NCBI RefSeq assembly: GCF_963921235.1 | Contig: NC_086108.1 | Span: 81,654,001-81,718,000 of the forward strand | DNA length: 64,000 bases | From: Mobula hypostoma | Taxonomy: Eukaryota | Reading direction: 5' to 3' | Part shown: in pieces, positions 49,001 through 62,597 of the stretch | How the letters are laid out: every line of letters starts with the position of its first letter | Numbering within the stretch: the first letter of the stretch is position 1 | The notes under the pieces: generated by a model | What the model was told of the DNA's origin: nothing | Databases searched by the model: none | Seen by the model: the letters and a program-made list of their open reading frames with translations, nothing else | Made by a program: the position numbers and the translations under genes

Positions 49001-52000
49001 GTAAGATCTGTGTTTATCCCCATTAATGAGACTGCAGCACTTGAACTCGATGGTTTTAAGGCGCCATGGAAACATGTGGTTTCATGTTAGTTCTCATTTT
49101 CTCGTTCACCCGTTCGTTCCTGATGAAATGATCGAAACTGTCGGTGGACGACTGAGAGTAAATACTTGTCAGTTTCATTGAAATACTAGTTTCAGACCGC
49201 CACACTATCTCATAGGATGATTTTCTCTGCGCTGTGGTGATATGTTGGTTAATTAGCGTAAGTGTGTGTAGTTTAAAAGCCCGCATTTATAGTCAGAAAA
49301 TGTACTTATAATGCTTCTAATTATTAAAACCTGTAATCAATGTGTTAACTTTTGTATTTTACGTTCACCAATTCTGCTTTCGGTAGGAAACGTACTTTAT
49401 TAGACCATAAGATATGGGAGCAGAATTAGGCCATTTGGCCCATCGAGTCTACTCTGCCCTACATCATGGCTGGCCCTATATCGTGGCTGGTGCAATTTTC
49501 CTCACAGCGTTGATCTTCTGCCTTCTCCCCATATCCCTTCATGCCAGTCAAGGATCTATCCTCCCCTGCCTTGAGTACTGTGTACATAAAGACTTGGCCT
49601 CCACAGTTGCCCATGGCAAAAAATTCCACAGATTCACCACTCTCTAGCTAAAGACATTTCTCCTCATTTCAATTCTAAAAGGACGTCCCTCTATTCTGAG
49701 GCTGTTTCCTCTGGCTTTAGACTGTCCCACCATAGGAAACATCCTCTCCACATCCACTCTATGGAGGTGATATTCCAGTCTATTATTCTTGTCTTGGATA
49801 TTCTTGACAGTTATACAACAACACAGTACAGATACAGGCACTTTGGCCCAACGAGTCTATGTCAGCCTTGATGACCACCTAGCTAGTCCCTTTTTCCTGT
49901 ATTTGTCACATATCCCTCTAAGCTCTGCCCTGCCATATACCTATCCAAGTGCTTCTTAAATAATACTTCGGTAATTGCCTCAACTGCTTGTTCTGGCACT
50001 TATTTCATATACCCACCATGCTCTTTGTGAGAAGGTTAACACTCATCACTTTAAAATCTTTCCCTTCTCACCTTAAATTTTTTGTCCCTAATTTTGTACT
50101 TCCTCATTCCAGGGAAAAGACTTACCATTCACCTCATAATTTTAAACATTTCTATAACTTTGTCACTCACTCTCCTATTTTCCAAGGAATAAAGACCTGG
50201 TATGGCAACCTTTCCCTATAAATCACACCCTCTAGTTCTGGCAACATTGTATATCTTTTCTGCTCTCTTTCCAGTTTAACATCTTTTCCTGTAGCGGGGT
50301 GACCAGAACTGTACACATCCTGAAGGGTCTCAGCCTGAAATGTCGGCTGTACTCTTTTCCCACAGATGCTGCCTGGCCTGCTGAGTTTCTCCAGCATTTT
50401 CTGTGTGTTGCTTGGATCTCCAGCATTTGCAGATTTTCTCGTTTGTCACAGTAATCTAAGTGGGGCTTCATTAACTACTTAAATGATGCAACATTATGTC
50501 CCAACTCCTATGTTCAGTGCCTAGACTGATGAAAGCCAGTATGCTAAGTGTCTTTTTCACCACCCTATCTGTGATCCTGATTTCAATGAACTGCGCACAT
50601 CTATTCCTAAGTCCTGCTGTTCCATTACACTTCCTAGTGCCCTACCATTCATAGTATGTCATATACTGGTTTGACTTTCCAACATGCATCACCTTACACT
50701 TATCTATACTAAAATTCATTTGCCACTCCTTGGCCCCTTTCCTTGACTTAGCTCAATTTCCTAACTGATCAAGATCCCCTGTAATCTGGAATAACTTTTT
50801 AAAGTTATCAATAACGCTTCCTAATCTTGTGTCATCTGCAAACTTGCTGATCAAACTTTGTGTATTTGCATACAAATAATTTGTGTAGGTAAGGAATAAC
50901 AAGGGTCCCAGCACTGACCCCTGCGGTATATCACTCATCACTGGCCTCCATTCTGAGAAGCAAACTTCAACCAGCACCCTCTGGCTCCTTTCTCAGAGCC
51001 AGTTTGAATTCACCTAACTAGTTGTCCCTGAATTCCATGAGACCTAACCTTACAGATCAGCCTACCATATAGGGTCTTGGCAAAGGCCTTGCTGAAGTCC
51101 AAATAGACCCCATCATCTACTGCCCTGCCCTCAGCTGCAAGTTTGGTTATTTCTTCAAAAATACTGAAAGGTTCATTGAGCATGAATTTTCACACAATAC
51201 CATGCTGACATGATGTAGTTTATAAAGAAGGCAAGACAGCGGCTATACTTTATTAGGAGTTTGAAGAGATTTGGCTTGTCAACAAATACACTCAAAAACT
51301 TCTATAGTTGTACTGTGGAGAGCATTCTGACAGGCTGCATCACTGTCTGGTATCGAGGGGCTACTGCACAGGACTGAAAGAAGCTGCAGAAGGTTGTAAA
51401 TCTAGTCAGCTCCATCTTGGGTACTAGCCTGCAAAGTACCCAGGACATCTTTAGGGAGCGGTGTCTCAAAGGCAGCGTCCATTATTAAGGACCTCTAGTA
51501 GCCAGGGCATGCCCTTTTCTCATTGTTACTATCAGGTAGGAGGTATAGAAGCCTGAAGGCACACACTCAGTGGTTCAGGAACAGCTTCTTCCCCTCTGCC
51601 ATCGGATTCCTAAATGGACATTGAAGCTTTGGACACTACCTCACTTTTTAAAAAAAAATATAGTATCTCTGTTTTTGCATGTTTTTAAAAATCTATTCAA
51701 TATACATAATTGATTTACTTATTATGATTTATTATTTTTTTCTCTCTGCTAGATTATGTATTGCATTGAACTGCTGCTAAGTTAACAAATTTCACATCAC
51801 ATGCAGATGATAATAAAACTGATTCTGATTCTGTCTATCCAAATGCTGGTAGATCTTGTCTCTCAGAATTCCTTCCGGTAACCTCCCTACCATGGATGTC
51901 AGGCTGACTGGCTTCCATTTTCCTGGCTTGTCCTTGTTACCCTTCTTAAACAACGGAACCCAGTAGCTACTTTCCAGTCTTTGGGAACTTCAGTGGCTAA

Positions 52001-53269
52001 TGATTGACGCAAATACCCCCAGTTTCCTCTCTTGTTTCCCATCAACTCCCACACTCATTGAAACCCTGGGGATTTTTGTAGCCTTAATGTGCTGTAAGGC
52101 TGCGAATATCTCCTGACAGGTAATACGAATGTCTTGAGCAACCATGATTTTTTTCCTTCGTAAACATCAGGGAGAAATATCTACTAAAAGTCCTACCATT
52201 CAAGATTTAAACATCTCTGTTGAGACCTACTCTTTGTGAATAGAGGCATCAAATGCAGGGGAGTGGGGAGACCTTGTTACACCCAGTTTCTTTTGTTGAA
52301 TGCTTGCAGATTTTTATTTTCTTGTATGTGACGTTGGCTTATGCTGGTGTGTAACTGCATTGGTGTCACCAGGCTAGCAATGTCTCATGAAATGTTCCCT
52401 GTATTTGAGGTGAGATGAGAATGTAGTAACAGGGATACAAATCTACCGGAAGGGTAATAAGTAGTTTTGAACAACACTTCCAGAAGTCTGGAAACTATAT
52501 GAAAGTCATATTAGTGATGGAGGCTCATGAAGTTGTATGAAGGATAATTAAGCCAGATGTGCTCTAGATCTGGAGTTGCACTCAGACCAGACCTGATGAA
52601 AAGAACAGATTTCTTTCATTTAAGGATGTTATGAGGGTTTGCACAAAGTCTGGTGGTTTTATAATCATCAACACGGACTTTTCCATTATTTATTTAATTA
52701 ACTAAATTGGGATTAGAACTCCCACCTGAGGGTCATTTGTCCCCTTATAAAACCACCATTTTACATTTTACAGCTGCAAACAATTTCTTTGATTTCATGA
52801 GTTAAACTAGGGTTTAAAAGTACGAACCAAAGTACAGTATGATTCTAAATTTTACCATAAACATGGACAAACCAATATTACTGTTCATGCAGCATCCCCA
52901 ACATTGAGGCCGTAGTTGCATGCAGTTGTCTACCACTGGGAAGATTAGGACAATTTCATACCTTGAACCACACTCCTGAGGCAAGCATTCTTTTCTGAGC
53001 ACTGTCACCAAAGAATTTACAAGGTGAAGAGAGGAAAATATTCATGCATGGGTTAAGGATATGTTCAAAGTCTCCATTGGAAGAACTGGTTTCTTCTTGG
53101 GAATCTCTTACCCATGACCCCTCATAGTGGAGAAGGAGAAGTGGATGGTATTGAGAACCATAAGCCCATGCATTAGAAGTACATAGAGGCCCCGTGTCAG
53201 CTCAGAAATCACTTGCCCACACAGTTCTGCATCTTGATTAGAGAGCGTAAGGTAGAGGAACCCTTGGGG

Positions 53270-55600
53270 AAAGTGATCATAGTAAAATAGAATTCACTCT
53301 GCAATTTGAGAAGTAGAAGCTAAAGTCAGATGTATCAGTATTACAGTGGAGTAAGGGGAATTAGAGGCATGATGGAGGAACTGGCCACAATTGACTGGAA
53401 AAGAATACTTGACAGCGATGCCAGCAGAGCAGTGGTGGCTGGAATTTCTGGAAGCAATTTGGAAGATGCAGGATATATACATCCCAAAGAGGAAGAAGTA
53501 TTCTAAAGGGAAGATGACACAACTGTGGCTGACAAGAGAAGTCAAAGTCAGCATCAAAGCAGATGAGTATAATAGAGCAAAAACTAGTGGGAAGTTAGTG
53601 GATTGGGAAGCTTTTAAAAACTAACAGAAGACAACTAAATATCATTAAGAAAAGAAAAGATGGAATACAGAGGTAAGCTAGCCAATAATATTAAAGAGGA
53701 TATCAATTTTGTCAACATACATGTAGACCTTGAAGCCAATGTGCGCAAAACTCCAGACATTACACAGAGTTCACCATGCAACCAATCAGCAATGAGAGCC
53801 CCCCCACATCACAATTGACTTTCCATAATGACAACCAACCAACTGATTGATAAGTAACTAAAAGCAAAGCATTCAGAGGACACACCACAAGTGAACAGCA
53901 CTGCTAATAATTTCTCCTTGTCTGGTGATGAAACATTTGCAAATGGATTTCCAAGATCGGAGAACAACTCAACTCAACCCAACCCAACCAGGATACCAAA
54001 AGTTTAATGAAATACATAAAGTAGAAATGAGTAGTGAGAGTGGATGTCAGACTGCTGAAAATTGATGCTGGAGAGGTACAAATGGAGGACAAGGAAATGG
54101 CAGATGAACTGAATAAGTATTTTGCATCAGACTTCACTGTGGAGGACATGAGCAGTATGCTGGAAGTTTGAGAGTGTCACAGTGCCATTACTAGGGAGAA
54201 GATTCTTGGGAAACTGGAAGGTCCGAAGGTAGATAAGTCACCTGGTCCAGTTTGTATACACCCCAGGTTGCTGAAGGAGGTGGTTGAAGAGATTGTGGAA
54301 GCATTCCTAATGATCTTTTAAGAATCAGTTTATTCTGGCATGGTTCTGGAGGCTGGAAAATTGCAAATGTCACTCCACTCTAAAAGGAGGGAGAGAAGCA
54401 GAGAAAGGAAATTATAGGCCTGGAACATGATAAACTAGGCTGTAGTCAGCATGGTTTCCTCAGAGAAATCTTACCTGACAAATCTGTTGGAATTTCTGAA
54501 GAACTAGCAAGCAGGATAGACAAAGGAGAATCAGTGGATTTCTGTACCTGGAATTTCAGAAGACTCTTGATAAGGTGCCACATGATGCTGCTTAACAAGT
54601 TTAGAGCCATGCTATTACAGGAAAGATACCAGTATGGATAAAGCAGTGGCTAATTGGCAGGAGGCAAAGGGTGGGAATACAGGGAGCCTTTTCTGGTCAG
54701 CTGCTGAAGACTAGTGGTGTTCCACAGGGGTCTGTGTTGGGACCACTTCTTTTCGTAATATGTAAATATCAGTGACAGAATTGATAGCTTTGCTGCAAAG
54801 TTTGCAGACAATATGAAAATGAGTGGAGAGGCTTAGATAGATGGGAAGTGGCAGATGAAATACAATGTCGGGTAGTATATGGTCATGCACTTTGGTAGAA
54901 GAAATAAAAGAGCAGACTATTTTCTAAATGGAGAGCAAATTCAAAAATCTGAGGTATAAAAGGACTTGCAGGTTGGGTCAGTAGTGAGGTATGCAAATGC
55001 AATGTTAGTATTCATTTCAAAACGAATAGAATGTAAAAGCAAGGATGTAATGTTGAGGCTTTATAAAGCACTGCTTAGGCCTCACTTGGAGTACTCTGAG
55101 CAATTTTGGGCCCCTCTTGTAAGAAGGGATGTGCTGAAAATGGAGAGGGTTCAGAGGAGGTTCACAGAAATCATTATAGAGTTGAAAGGCTTGTCATATA
55201 ATGAACATTCGATGGCTCTGGGCCTGTACTCACTGGAATTCAGAAGAATGAGGGGGGATCTCATTGAAACCTTTTGAATGTTGAAAGGACTTGATAGAGT
55301 GGATGTGGAGAGGATGTTGGGGAAGTCTTAAGACCAGAGGATACAGACCCAGGATAGAGAGTCTAAAATGCAGAGTAGTGAATCTGTGGAATTCGTTGCT
55401 ACAGGTGGCTGTGTAGACCAAATTATTGGGTGTATTTGAGGCAGAGATTGATAGATTCTTGATTGGTCAGGGCATGAAGGGATACGGAGAGAAGGCAGGA
55501 GATCGGGGCTGAGAGGGAAAATTGGATCAGCCATGATGAAATGGCAGAGCACTTGATGGGGCAAATGGTCTAATTCTGCTCCTAGATATTATGGTCTTAT
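53270..55600 (+). mobile_element. Degenerate CR1 LINE ORF2 with a ~280-bp Penelope-like insert (53707-53989)
   Basis: RT motifs (RPHLEYS, SGVPQGSVLGP) and TCTTATG tail. The insert is flanked by aggata(t/c)caa. Confidence 0.78.
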
Positions 55601-56488
55601 GATCTTCTCTCTCACCCATAGAAGAATCTGCAGTTCACAAGAACTGAAGTTATCTTTGATCTTGAAAGAATGTTTTGGAAGAAGATAAAGGCTATCCATA
55701 AAGTGTTAAAATAATAAAGGGAATTAGGATATTGTATCACATTTTACAACCAGAATATTGTTGTAAGTGTAGTGGCTAATCAGTGCAATAAACTCCCACA
55801 AACTATGAAAACAAGATAGTTTTAAATAGTATTTGATTGAGAAATGAAGGTTGTTCAGAGCACTGAAAACATCTGGAGCTCTGTCCTTTTAAGTACACTT
55901 GAGAGCAGAGCCTTGATAAAAATGATATCTTTGTTGCAGCAGCATTCCCTTAGTCCAGCACTGGAGTGTTAGATTTTATGCTCAATTCTCTGGTTGGGAT
56001 CTTGAAATCAAAATTTTCTGACTTTGAGGGAGGAGTGCTAGCATTGAGCTCAGGTAAAGTGTTGCTCCTTGAAAATCTGTGGTTAGCTTTTCCTACACAG
56101 TAAATGTCTGATCTTCATAATGTTGTACTGTTTCATATTTTTTGTTAATCACATTTGGCTATGTTTTTCACAATTTTACAACACGCCTCATTCAATGAAA
56201 CATGAGATTCATGTATTTTCTTCATTATAAGTTTTGAAAATAAAGGGCATGATGTTTGGTGAAAGAAACTCAGCAGCCTAAATTTTACTTGATTGGCAGA
56301 GTAGTGACATGGAAAAGAGATTCTGTTAATTTGTCACTTGCTACTGAGCAGAGAATTATTCTTGAAACATTTCCTAAAACCCGAGCAGAATCTAAGCAGA
56401 TACTTTAGAGCAGTGTGTTACTATAACTGTTGTAGAGAGCAACAGAGTTATTATCTGTAGATTTTGAATTAGTTTATGGAACGCAGTA

Positions 56489-57300
56489 TAGGTTGAATAC
56501 CCCTTATCCAAGCTGCTTGGGGCTGGAAATAATTTGGGTTTTGGAATATGTAATGAGATAGCTTGGATTGCCATCATTTCCGACTCTGAATTTATGTGCT
56601 ACCCATAAGCAGTCTTTGCCTTACATTTGTTCATCACACATATGCAAATTATTACATACAGTATTATTAATATAATAAAAATATATGTGCTACCAGTAAT
56701 AGAAGCAGCACAGCAGCATCGGGAGAATACCAAAATCAGCTGTTGAACACCAACAAACAACGGCAGGCTTTCAGTCTCCACCTACAATGCTGTGTTTTGA
56801 TTAAAGGGTTGCAGTACTCTATATTTGACTTTTTTCTAGGTTTTATGTAAGGTATAAAAACAATCGGTATCGTAGTCCTGTTCTGGTGCTAGATTGTCGT
56901 GATCAGCGGATGCTTTAAAAATTTGATGCCATACCTTCTCTTAAATTTCTGCAACCAGCCTGCCGAATATTCACAATTACCTTTAATTTTCAGTTCGTTG
57001 GAATAGATTTTAGCTTGTTTCATGATCAGCATACCGTTAAGAGGCATATGTTCACTCCGCTGATGATACACAATTGACATCTTCATTTTTCTTTGCTTCG
57101 TGCAAGGTTTTTCTGTTTTTCATTAACTTCTGTTCATTACACATGTGAGGTCACTTCTCAGAACTGTCTGCGGTGCACAGAGATCTGCGCATTGCCTGGG
57201 AACCTTCCCAAGAGTCTTCTGAAATTTTCCATTTGTGACGTCATGTCAGCACCAAAAAAAATTATGATTTTGGAATTGCAGCTAAGGGGTACTAAACCTA
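56489..57300 (-). mobile_element. Tigger/pogo transposon deletion derivative
   Basis: TIRs TAGGTTGAATACCCCTT / AAGGGGTACTAAACCTA. CENP-B HTH fragment MPLNGMLIMKQAK...SAGWLQKFKRRYGI. Confidence 0.82.
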
Positions 57301-58624
57301 CCTTCCAATTCTTGTGTTTAGACTACTGAAATCTATTTACTTTTGCCTTCTAACACTGAGTAATGTGTAGTTTATTTTACATCACCCAGACTGCTGACTT
57401 CCCCAGTGTACCACTCACCTCAGAGTACTGCAGGAATGCCACTGAAACTCCGTAACATCTGTGGGTTTGATTTCTGCCATGTATTCCTGAACTACCTTCT
57501 ATCAGCAGTTCCTGTTAAATTCGACATTTTATAAACTGAGCAACTTGCATTCTGATCTAAGCCAAAGGACAACAGAAATTCATCAAACTCCAGATGCTGG
57601 AATCTGGAGCAAGAAACAATCTGCTGGAGAAGGGCAGCAAGTCAAGCAGCATTTGGGGAGGGGAAGGAATCATCAATCTTTTAGGTTGAAATCCTGTATC
57701 AGGGCCTATTATGCCAGCCACCAGTACCTGCCATTAACTTAGACACTTAGTATGAGGTTATTTTTCTCCAGCATCTACTTACGCTTGCAGGATGCTAATT
57801 CCAATTCCTCATTCCTCAAAGGTGAGATCTGGAGTTAGAGCAGGGCCTTAAAGTATCACTCTTGTCAATTGGAGGGAGCATTTCCAGCATTGACAGCAGT
57901 TCTCTGTCAGCATTGCTTTTAAAAAAAACTTTGAATTGGCCTTGAGCCATAGCTAAGTCACAATGGAATAGATTGTTTCTGGCATTCAGGAATGATCTAA
58001 GCATGGTGAAAGTGCACAAAAGATTTTAATTTGATTTCAAATTAAATAAAAGAAAGCAAAACAAAATAATGCTTGACAATTATATTTTGATTGGAACTAT
58101 TTTGTCCCTTGCATTCAAAAAGGGATTTTCCATCCTGTACCTGGTTCAAGCTGATGCAGGTTATTTGGATGGATCTCTGCATTTGTGCCGGGGAATTGCA
58201 ACCACATGATTTTGTCTCGAGACTGTTTTGAAATATTTTCTTGAGCAATGTCACCGAGTCATTTACACAGGTGACAGGAGTAACTCTGGATGTTTCTCCA
58301 CAAAATTTTGGCCTTAATCTCAAGATTTGTCTGAACTTGTTACCAATTTCCACAAATTCCAGTTTTTGGAACTGTTCATTCAGCAGTAGTTCTGTGCTTT
58401 TGTCCTGTTTCTACGTACGATCTTAGAATCTGTTTCCTCCTTTTATTCCCCAAGGTCAGCCAGATAATTTTGGTTAGTTAATTTTACTAATTATCATTAA
58501 TATGCAATTTCCAAAGTTGTTATTCAGTGCAACAGTTTCAGCAATCAGTTTTTTAAAAGGAAGTCTCCATTCCAGGCAAAACCTTGTTATAGGTATGCAG
58601 ATAAGCACAATGCATATACATTAT

Positions 58625-59790
58625 ATGAGAAAGTCTGCAGAGGCTGGAAATCCTACGCAACACACACAAAATGCTGGAGAAACTCAGCAAGTCAATTATA
58701 TAGAATGAATAAACTGTCCACGTTTTGGGTCGATACCCTTCCTCAGGACTGGAACAGAAGGGGAAAGATAGCAGAATAAAAAGGTGAAGGAGAGGAAGGA
58801 GGTTAGCTAGAGGAGGATAGGTGAAACCAGGCAGTTAGGAAGGGTAAAGGGCTGCAGAGGAAGGAATCTGATAGAGGAGAGTGGACCATTGGAGAAAGGG
58901 ATGGAGGAGGAATCCAGGGCAGATGAGAAGAGGTCAGATGTCAGAGTGGGGCATAGAAGAAGAGAGGGGGGGGGGATTTATTTTTACTGGATGGAGAAAT
59001 TGATATTCATGCTACAAATTTGAAGGCTACCCAGATGGAATACAAGGTGTTCTTCCTCCACCCTGAGGGTGTCCTCAATTGTGGTACAAGAGGACGGCAA
59101 GGATCTACACTTTGCAATGGGAATTAAAATGTTTGGCAGGGATAAGTGCCGGGAGGGAGGATTAAACAGGGGAATCACGAAGATAGTGATCACTGGGGAA
59201 AGCAGAGGTGGGGGAGGAGGTAAAGATATGTTTAGTGGTAGGATCCCTTTTGAGATGGTGGAAGTTGTGGAGAGTTATGTGTTACATGCAGAGGCTCATT
59301 GGGTGGTAGGTAAGGACAAACTCTATCACTGTCAAGGCAGCAGGTTGATGGGTTGAGTGCAGATGTATGGGAATGGAGGAGATGCTGGTGAGGGCTGCAT
59401 CAATGGTGGAGAAAGGGAAGCCCCATTCTTTGAAAAAGGTCATCTCTGATGTCCTGGAAAGGAAAGTTGCATCCTGGGAACGATGTGGCAAAGATGAAGG
59501 AACTGTCCTGCTGAAGGGTTTTGGCCTGAAACATGGACTGTACCCTTTTCCATAGATGCTGCCTGGCTTGCTGAGTTCCTCCAGCAATTTTGTGTACGTT
59601 GATTGGATATCCAGCACCTCCAGACTTTCTCTTGTTTGTGAGAAAAGGTCATCTCATTTTTACAGGAGACAGGATGGGAAGAGGTATAGTCTAGTCATGA
59701 GAATCCGTAGATTTATAAAAAATGTCAATTGACAGTTTGCCTCCAGAGATGGAGACAAATCAAGAAAGGGGAGGGAGATGTCTGAACTTA
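58625..59790. mobile_element. Older Penelope-like fragments with degenerate hammerhead motifs
   Basis: Same aaatgctggag...tttcgggtcgagacccttc..cagg leader. EEEHLVFHLGSLQ..MNI and FFKEWGFP peptides are typical of these elements. Confidence 0.6.
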
Positions 59791-60789
59791 GTTGATCATG
59801 ACAAGTTTAGTACTATAATAGCTGTATAACAGGCTCTTCAGCTCACTAAATCTATGCTGACAATCAAGCACCCAATTAGACAAAACCCATTTTACTCTCC
59901 TCTCGTTCCATCAACTGTCCCCAGATTCAACAATAATGGACTATTTACGGTGGCTAACTAATCTATCAATCCGTGCATCTTTGGGGTGTGAGAGGAAACA
60001 GAGCACTCAGGTGAGAATTGTGGAGAAAATGCTAATGAGACAGCATCGGAGTTCAGGATTACTGGAGATGTGAGGCAGCATCTCTACCAGTTGAGCCACT
60101 GTCTTTATAACATTATAGTTCATTCTTCAAGAATGCATTGCTTGTGGCTGAGAAACATGGAGCTACTATTGAACTGACAGTGCTATTAAGCATTTATAGG
60201 GAAGGCATATTGTAGGTTTTAGATGCTTTTTACTTCATGACAAACTGTATGGTTGAGGGAGTAGGAACTCCTTTGGAAGAAATACTACAGCTGATGTCTG
60301 TTCAGTTTTGAAATATTACTTTATCAATGAAATATACTATTAATGGAAGGCTTCACAGCTTTTTACATAACGTTCTGAAAAATGGAAAATAAAAACTGCT
60401 TTGTAGATTTAATGAGTAATTGCAGAACAAGTGATGTTGCAGTGTACATACTGGTTTTAAAGAAATATCTCAATATGTTTTTAAAATGGTTTCACAAATA
60501 ACAAAGAATGTTCCACATATGGTTTCTATTCTGTGCAAAATTTAGCATAAACATTTTCATTATACACAGTGATACAGTATCTGTACCATCTAGTGTTTTT
60601 TAAAAAAGACATTCATTTCTCACTACTTCCCATAATCCTGAAATAATTAGAAGCCAACTGAAGAAGAGGGTTCAATAAAGGTATTCACTGTGGCTGATAT
60701 TAATATCTGATCAACTGTGCTTAAATATTTTAAAGCAAAACAAGAACTAAACATGGGGACTCGATGGTTTTTGCTTTACTTCAGAGTTT

Positions 60790-61340
60790 AGACCATAAAG
60801 ACCAGAAAACATAGGAGCAGAATTAGGCCATTTGGCCCATTGAGTCTGCTCCACCATTCAATCATAGCTGATCCTTTTCTTTTATCTCCTCCTCAACCCC
60901 AGTTCCTGGCCTCTCCCCATAACCTTTGCCATGTCCAATCAAGAACCTGTCAATCTCTGCCTTAAATACATCCAACAACCTGGCCTACACAGCTGCATGT
61001 GGCAACAGATTCCACAAATTCACCCCCCTTTGGCTAAAGAAATTTCTCCACATCTGCTTTGAAAGGGCACTGCTCTACCCTGAGGCTGTGCCCTCTTGTC
61101 CTAGACACTCCCACCATGGGAAACATTCTTTTCATATTTACTCTGTCTAGGCCTTTCAGCATTCAAAAGCTTTCAATGAGATCCCCCCTCATCCTTCTGA
61201 AATCCAGCAAGTACAGACCCAGAGCCATCAAATTTTCCTCATATGATAACCCTTTCATTCCTGGAATCATCTTGTGAAACTCCTCTGGACCCTCTCCAAT
61301 GTCAGCACATCTTTTCTAAGATGAGGGGCCCAAAACTGGT
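60790..61340 (-). mobile_element. CR1 3' fragment
   Basis: ccataagacc tail and CR1 3' sequence homologous to 12957-13500. Confidence 0.75.
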
Positions 61341-62217
61341 GAACCTTGGTGATTAAAATAGGAGCTGACTTTATGACTGATTCTTTTAAAAATAATTGTA
61401 TATGTATCTGAAACTAATTGCCACTGACTTTGCTATTTTAGAAGTCAAGAGGGAATGATCTCCATGCTGTTGCTGAGACTAGTATGAGGGCACTTCCAGT
61501 GTCTGGATATACTCAACCCGAGCCTGATAGGACCTGACCCTTGGTCAGGCTCAGCTAGGTTGGATGTATCTTCCGTAAAAAGACTTTGGGTTCCTCCAAC
61601 CATTGGGCAATTGTCTTGAACTAAATGGGGTGTTCAAGACAGCAGTGGGTGGTTATCTTGAACACTCCATTTCATTCAAGGCAACCACCCAGTTTCACTG
61701 CATGTGAAGAGCACACTCAAGTTCTTATACACACTTCATGGTAAGATATTTGCCAGGATGAGAGCCATAACTGCTGCACTTGGGTCAAGCTTGGGCTGAG
61801 ACCCAATTTTATATCCAATTAAAGCTCCATTCCATAATACTACAACAAAACTGGGCCTTGTACCTTGAAACCTATTGGGTTTATCCAACCCCATCTGAAT
61901 GAGCTAAGTTGACACACTTAAAGGGATTTAAAATGATCAAATTTAAATAAAAAGCAAGACATTTATTACAGGGTTGCTAGGTGAATTGAGTTGCACCATA
62001 TATTAATATCCATGTGTACCTTGGGCTTAACAAAGCAATTAGAGGGTATTCTATCCAGAATCCTGTAATATTGTGGAAGAAGGAAATCTGAGATCTAAAA
62101 TTTATTAGAATAAGTTTATTATACAAGCTCCACAAATATATGTGCAAAAGGTTGGCGAACTGAAATTTACTTAAGGCATTTCATTACTGCTGGAGCACCA
62201 AGGACCAGTGTTTAGAG

Positions 62218-62295
62218 CAGGGATTCCCAACCTAGGGTCCAGACACCCCTTTCTTAATACTATTGGTCCATGCATAAAATGGTTGGGAACCCCTG
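62218..62295. mobile_element. Second copy of the hAT MITE, opposite orientation
   Basis: CAGGGATTCCCAACC...GGTTGGGAACCCCTG. TSD gtttagag/gtttaggc. Confidence 0.75.
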
Positions 62296-62597
62296 GTTTA
62301 GGCACACAAAAATAATACCTGATCTGTCCCTGGCTAATTTGATTTCAACCTCAGCCTAATGATCGTATATGAGATTGAATGTGTATGTAGTTGAGCTCAG
62401 GTCATGTAGACATGCTCTTTAGTAAAAATGCTGTACACATTCAGCAGGTCAGCCTACAACTGTGGAAAGGGGAATAGATAACGATTCTAATTAAAGACAG
62501 TTGATCAGTACCAGGAGAAAAGAAAACAAATTAGTTTCAGTAGCAGAGAAGCATTAGTTTTGGTTGGGGAAGGCATAGATAAGATGCAGGGTATATA

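Noticed and set aside
48521-49075. 184-aa minus-strand ORF
   Set aside because: Antisense shadow of GC-rich USP24 exon 1.
57816-58430. ORFs in USP24 intron 1 considered as exon 2 or a nested gene
   Set aside because: No match to the recalled USP24 exon 2 peptide; resembles a decayed LINE RT (LKKIFQNSLET).
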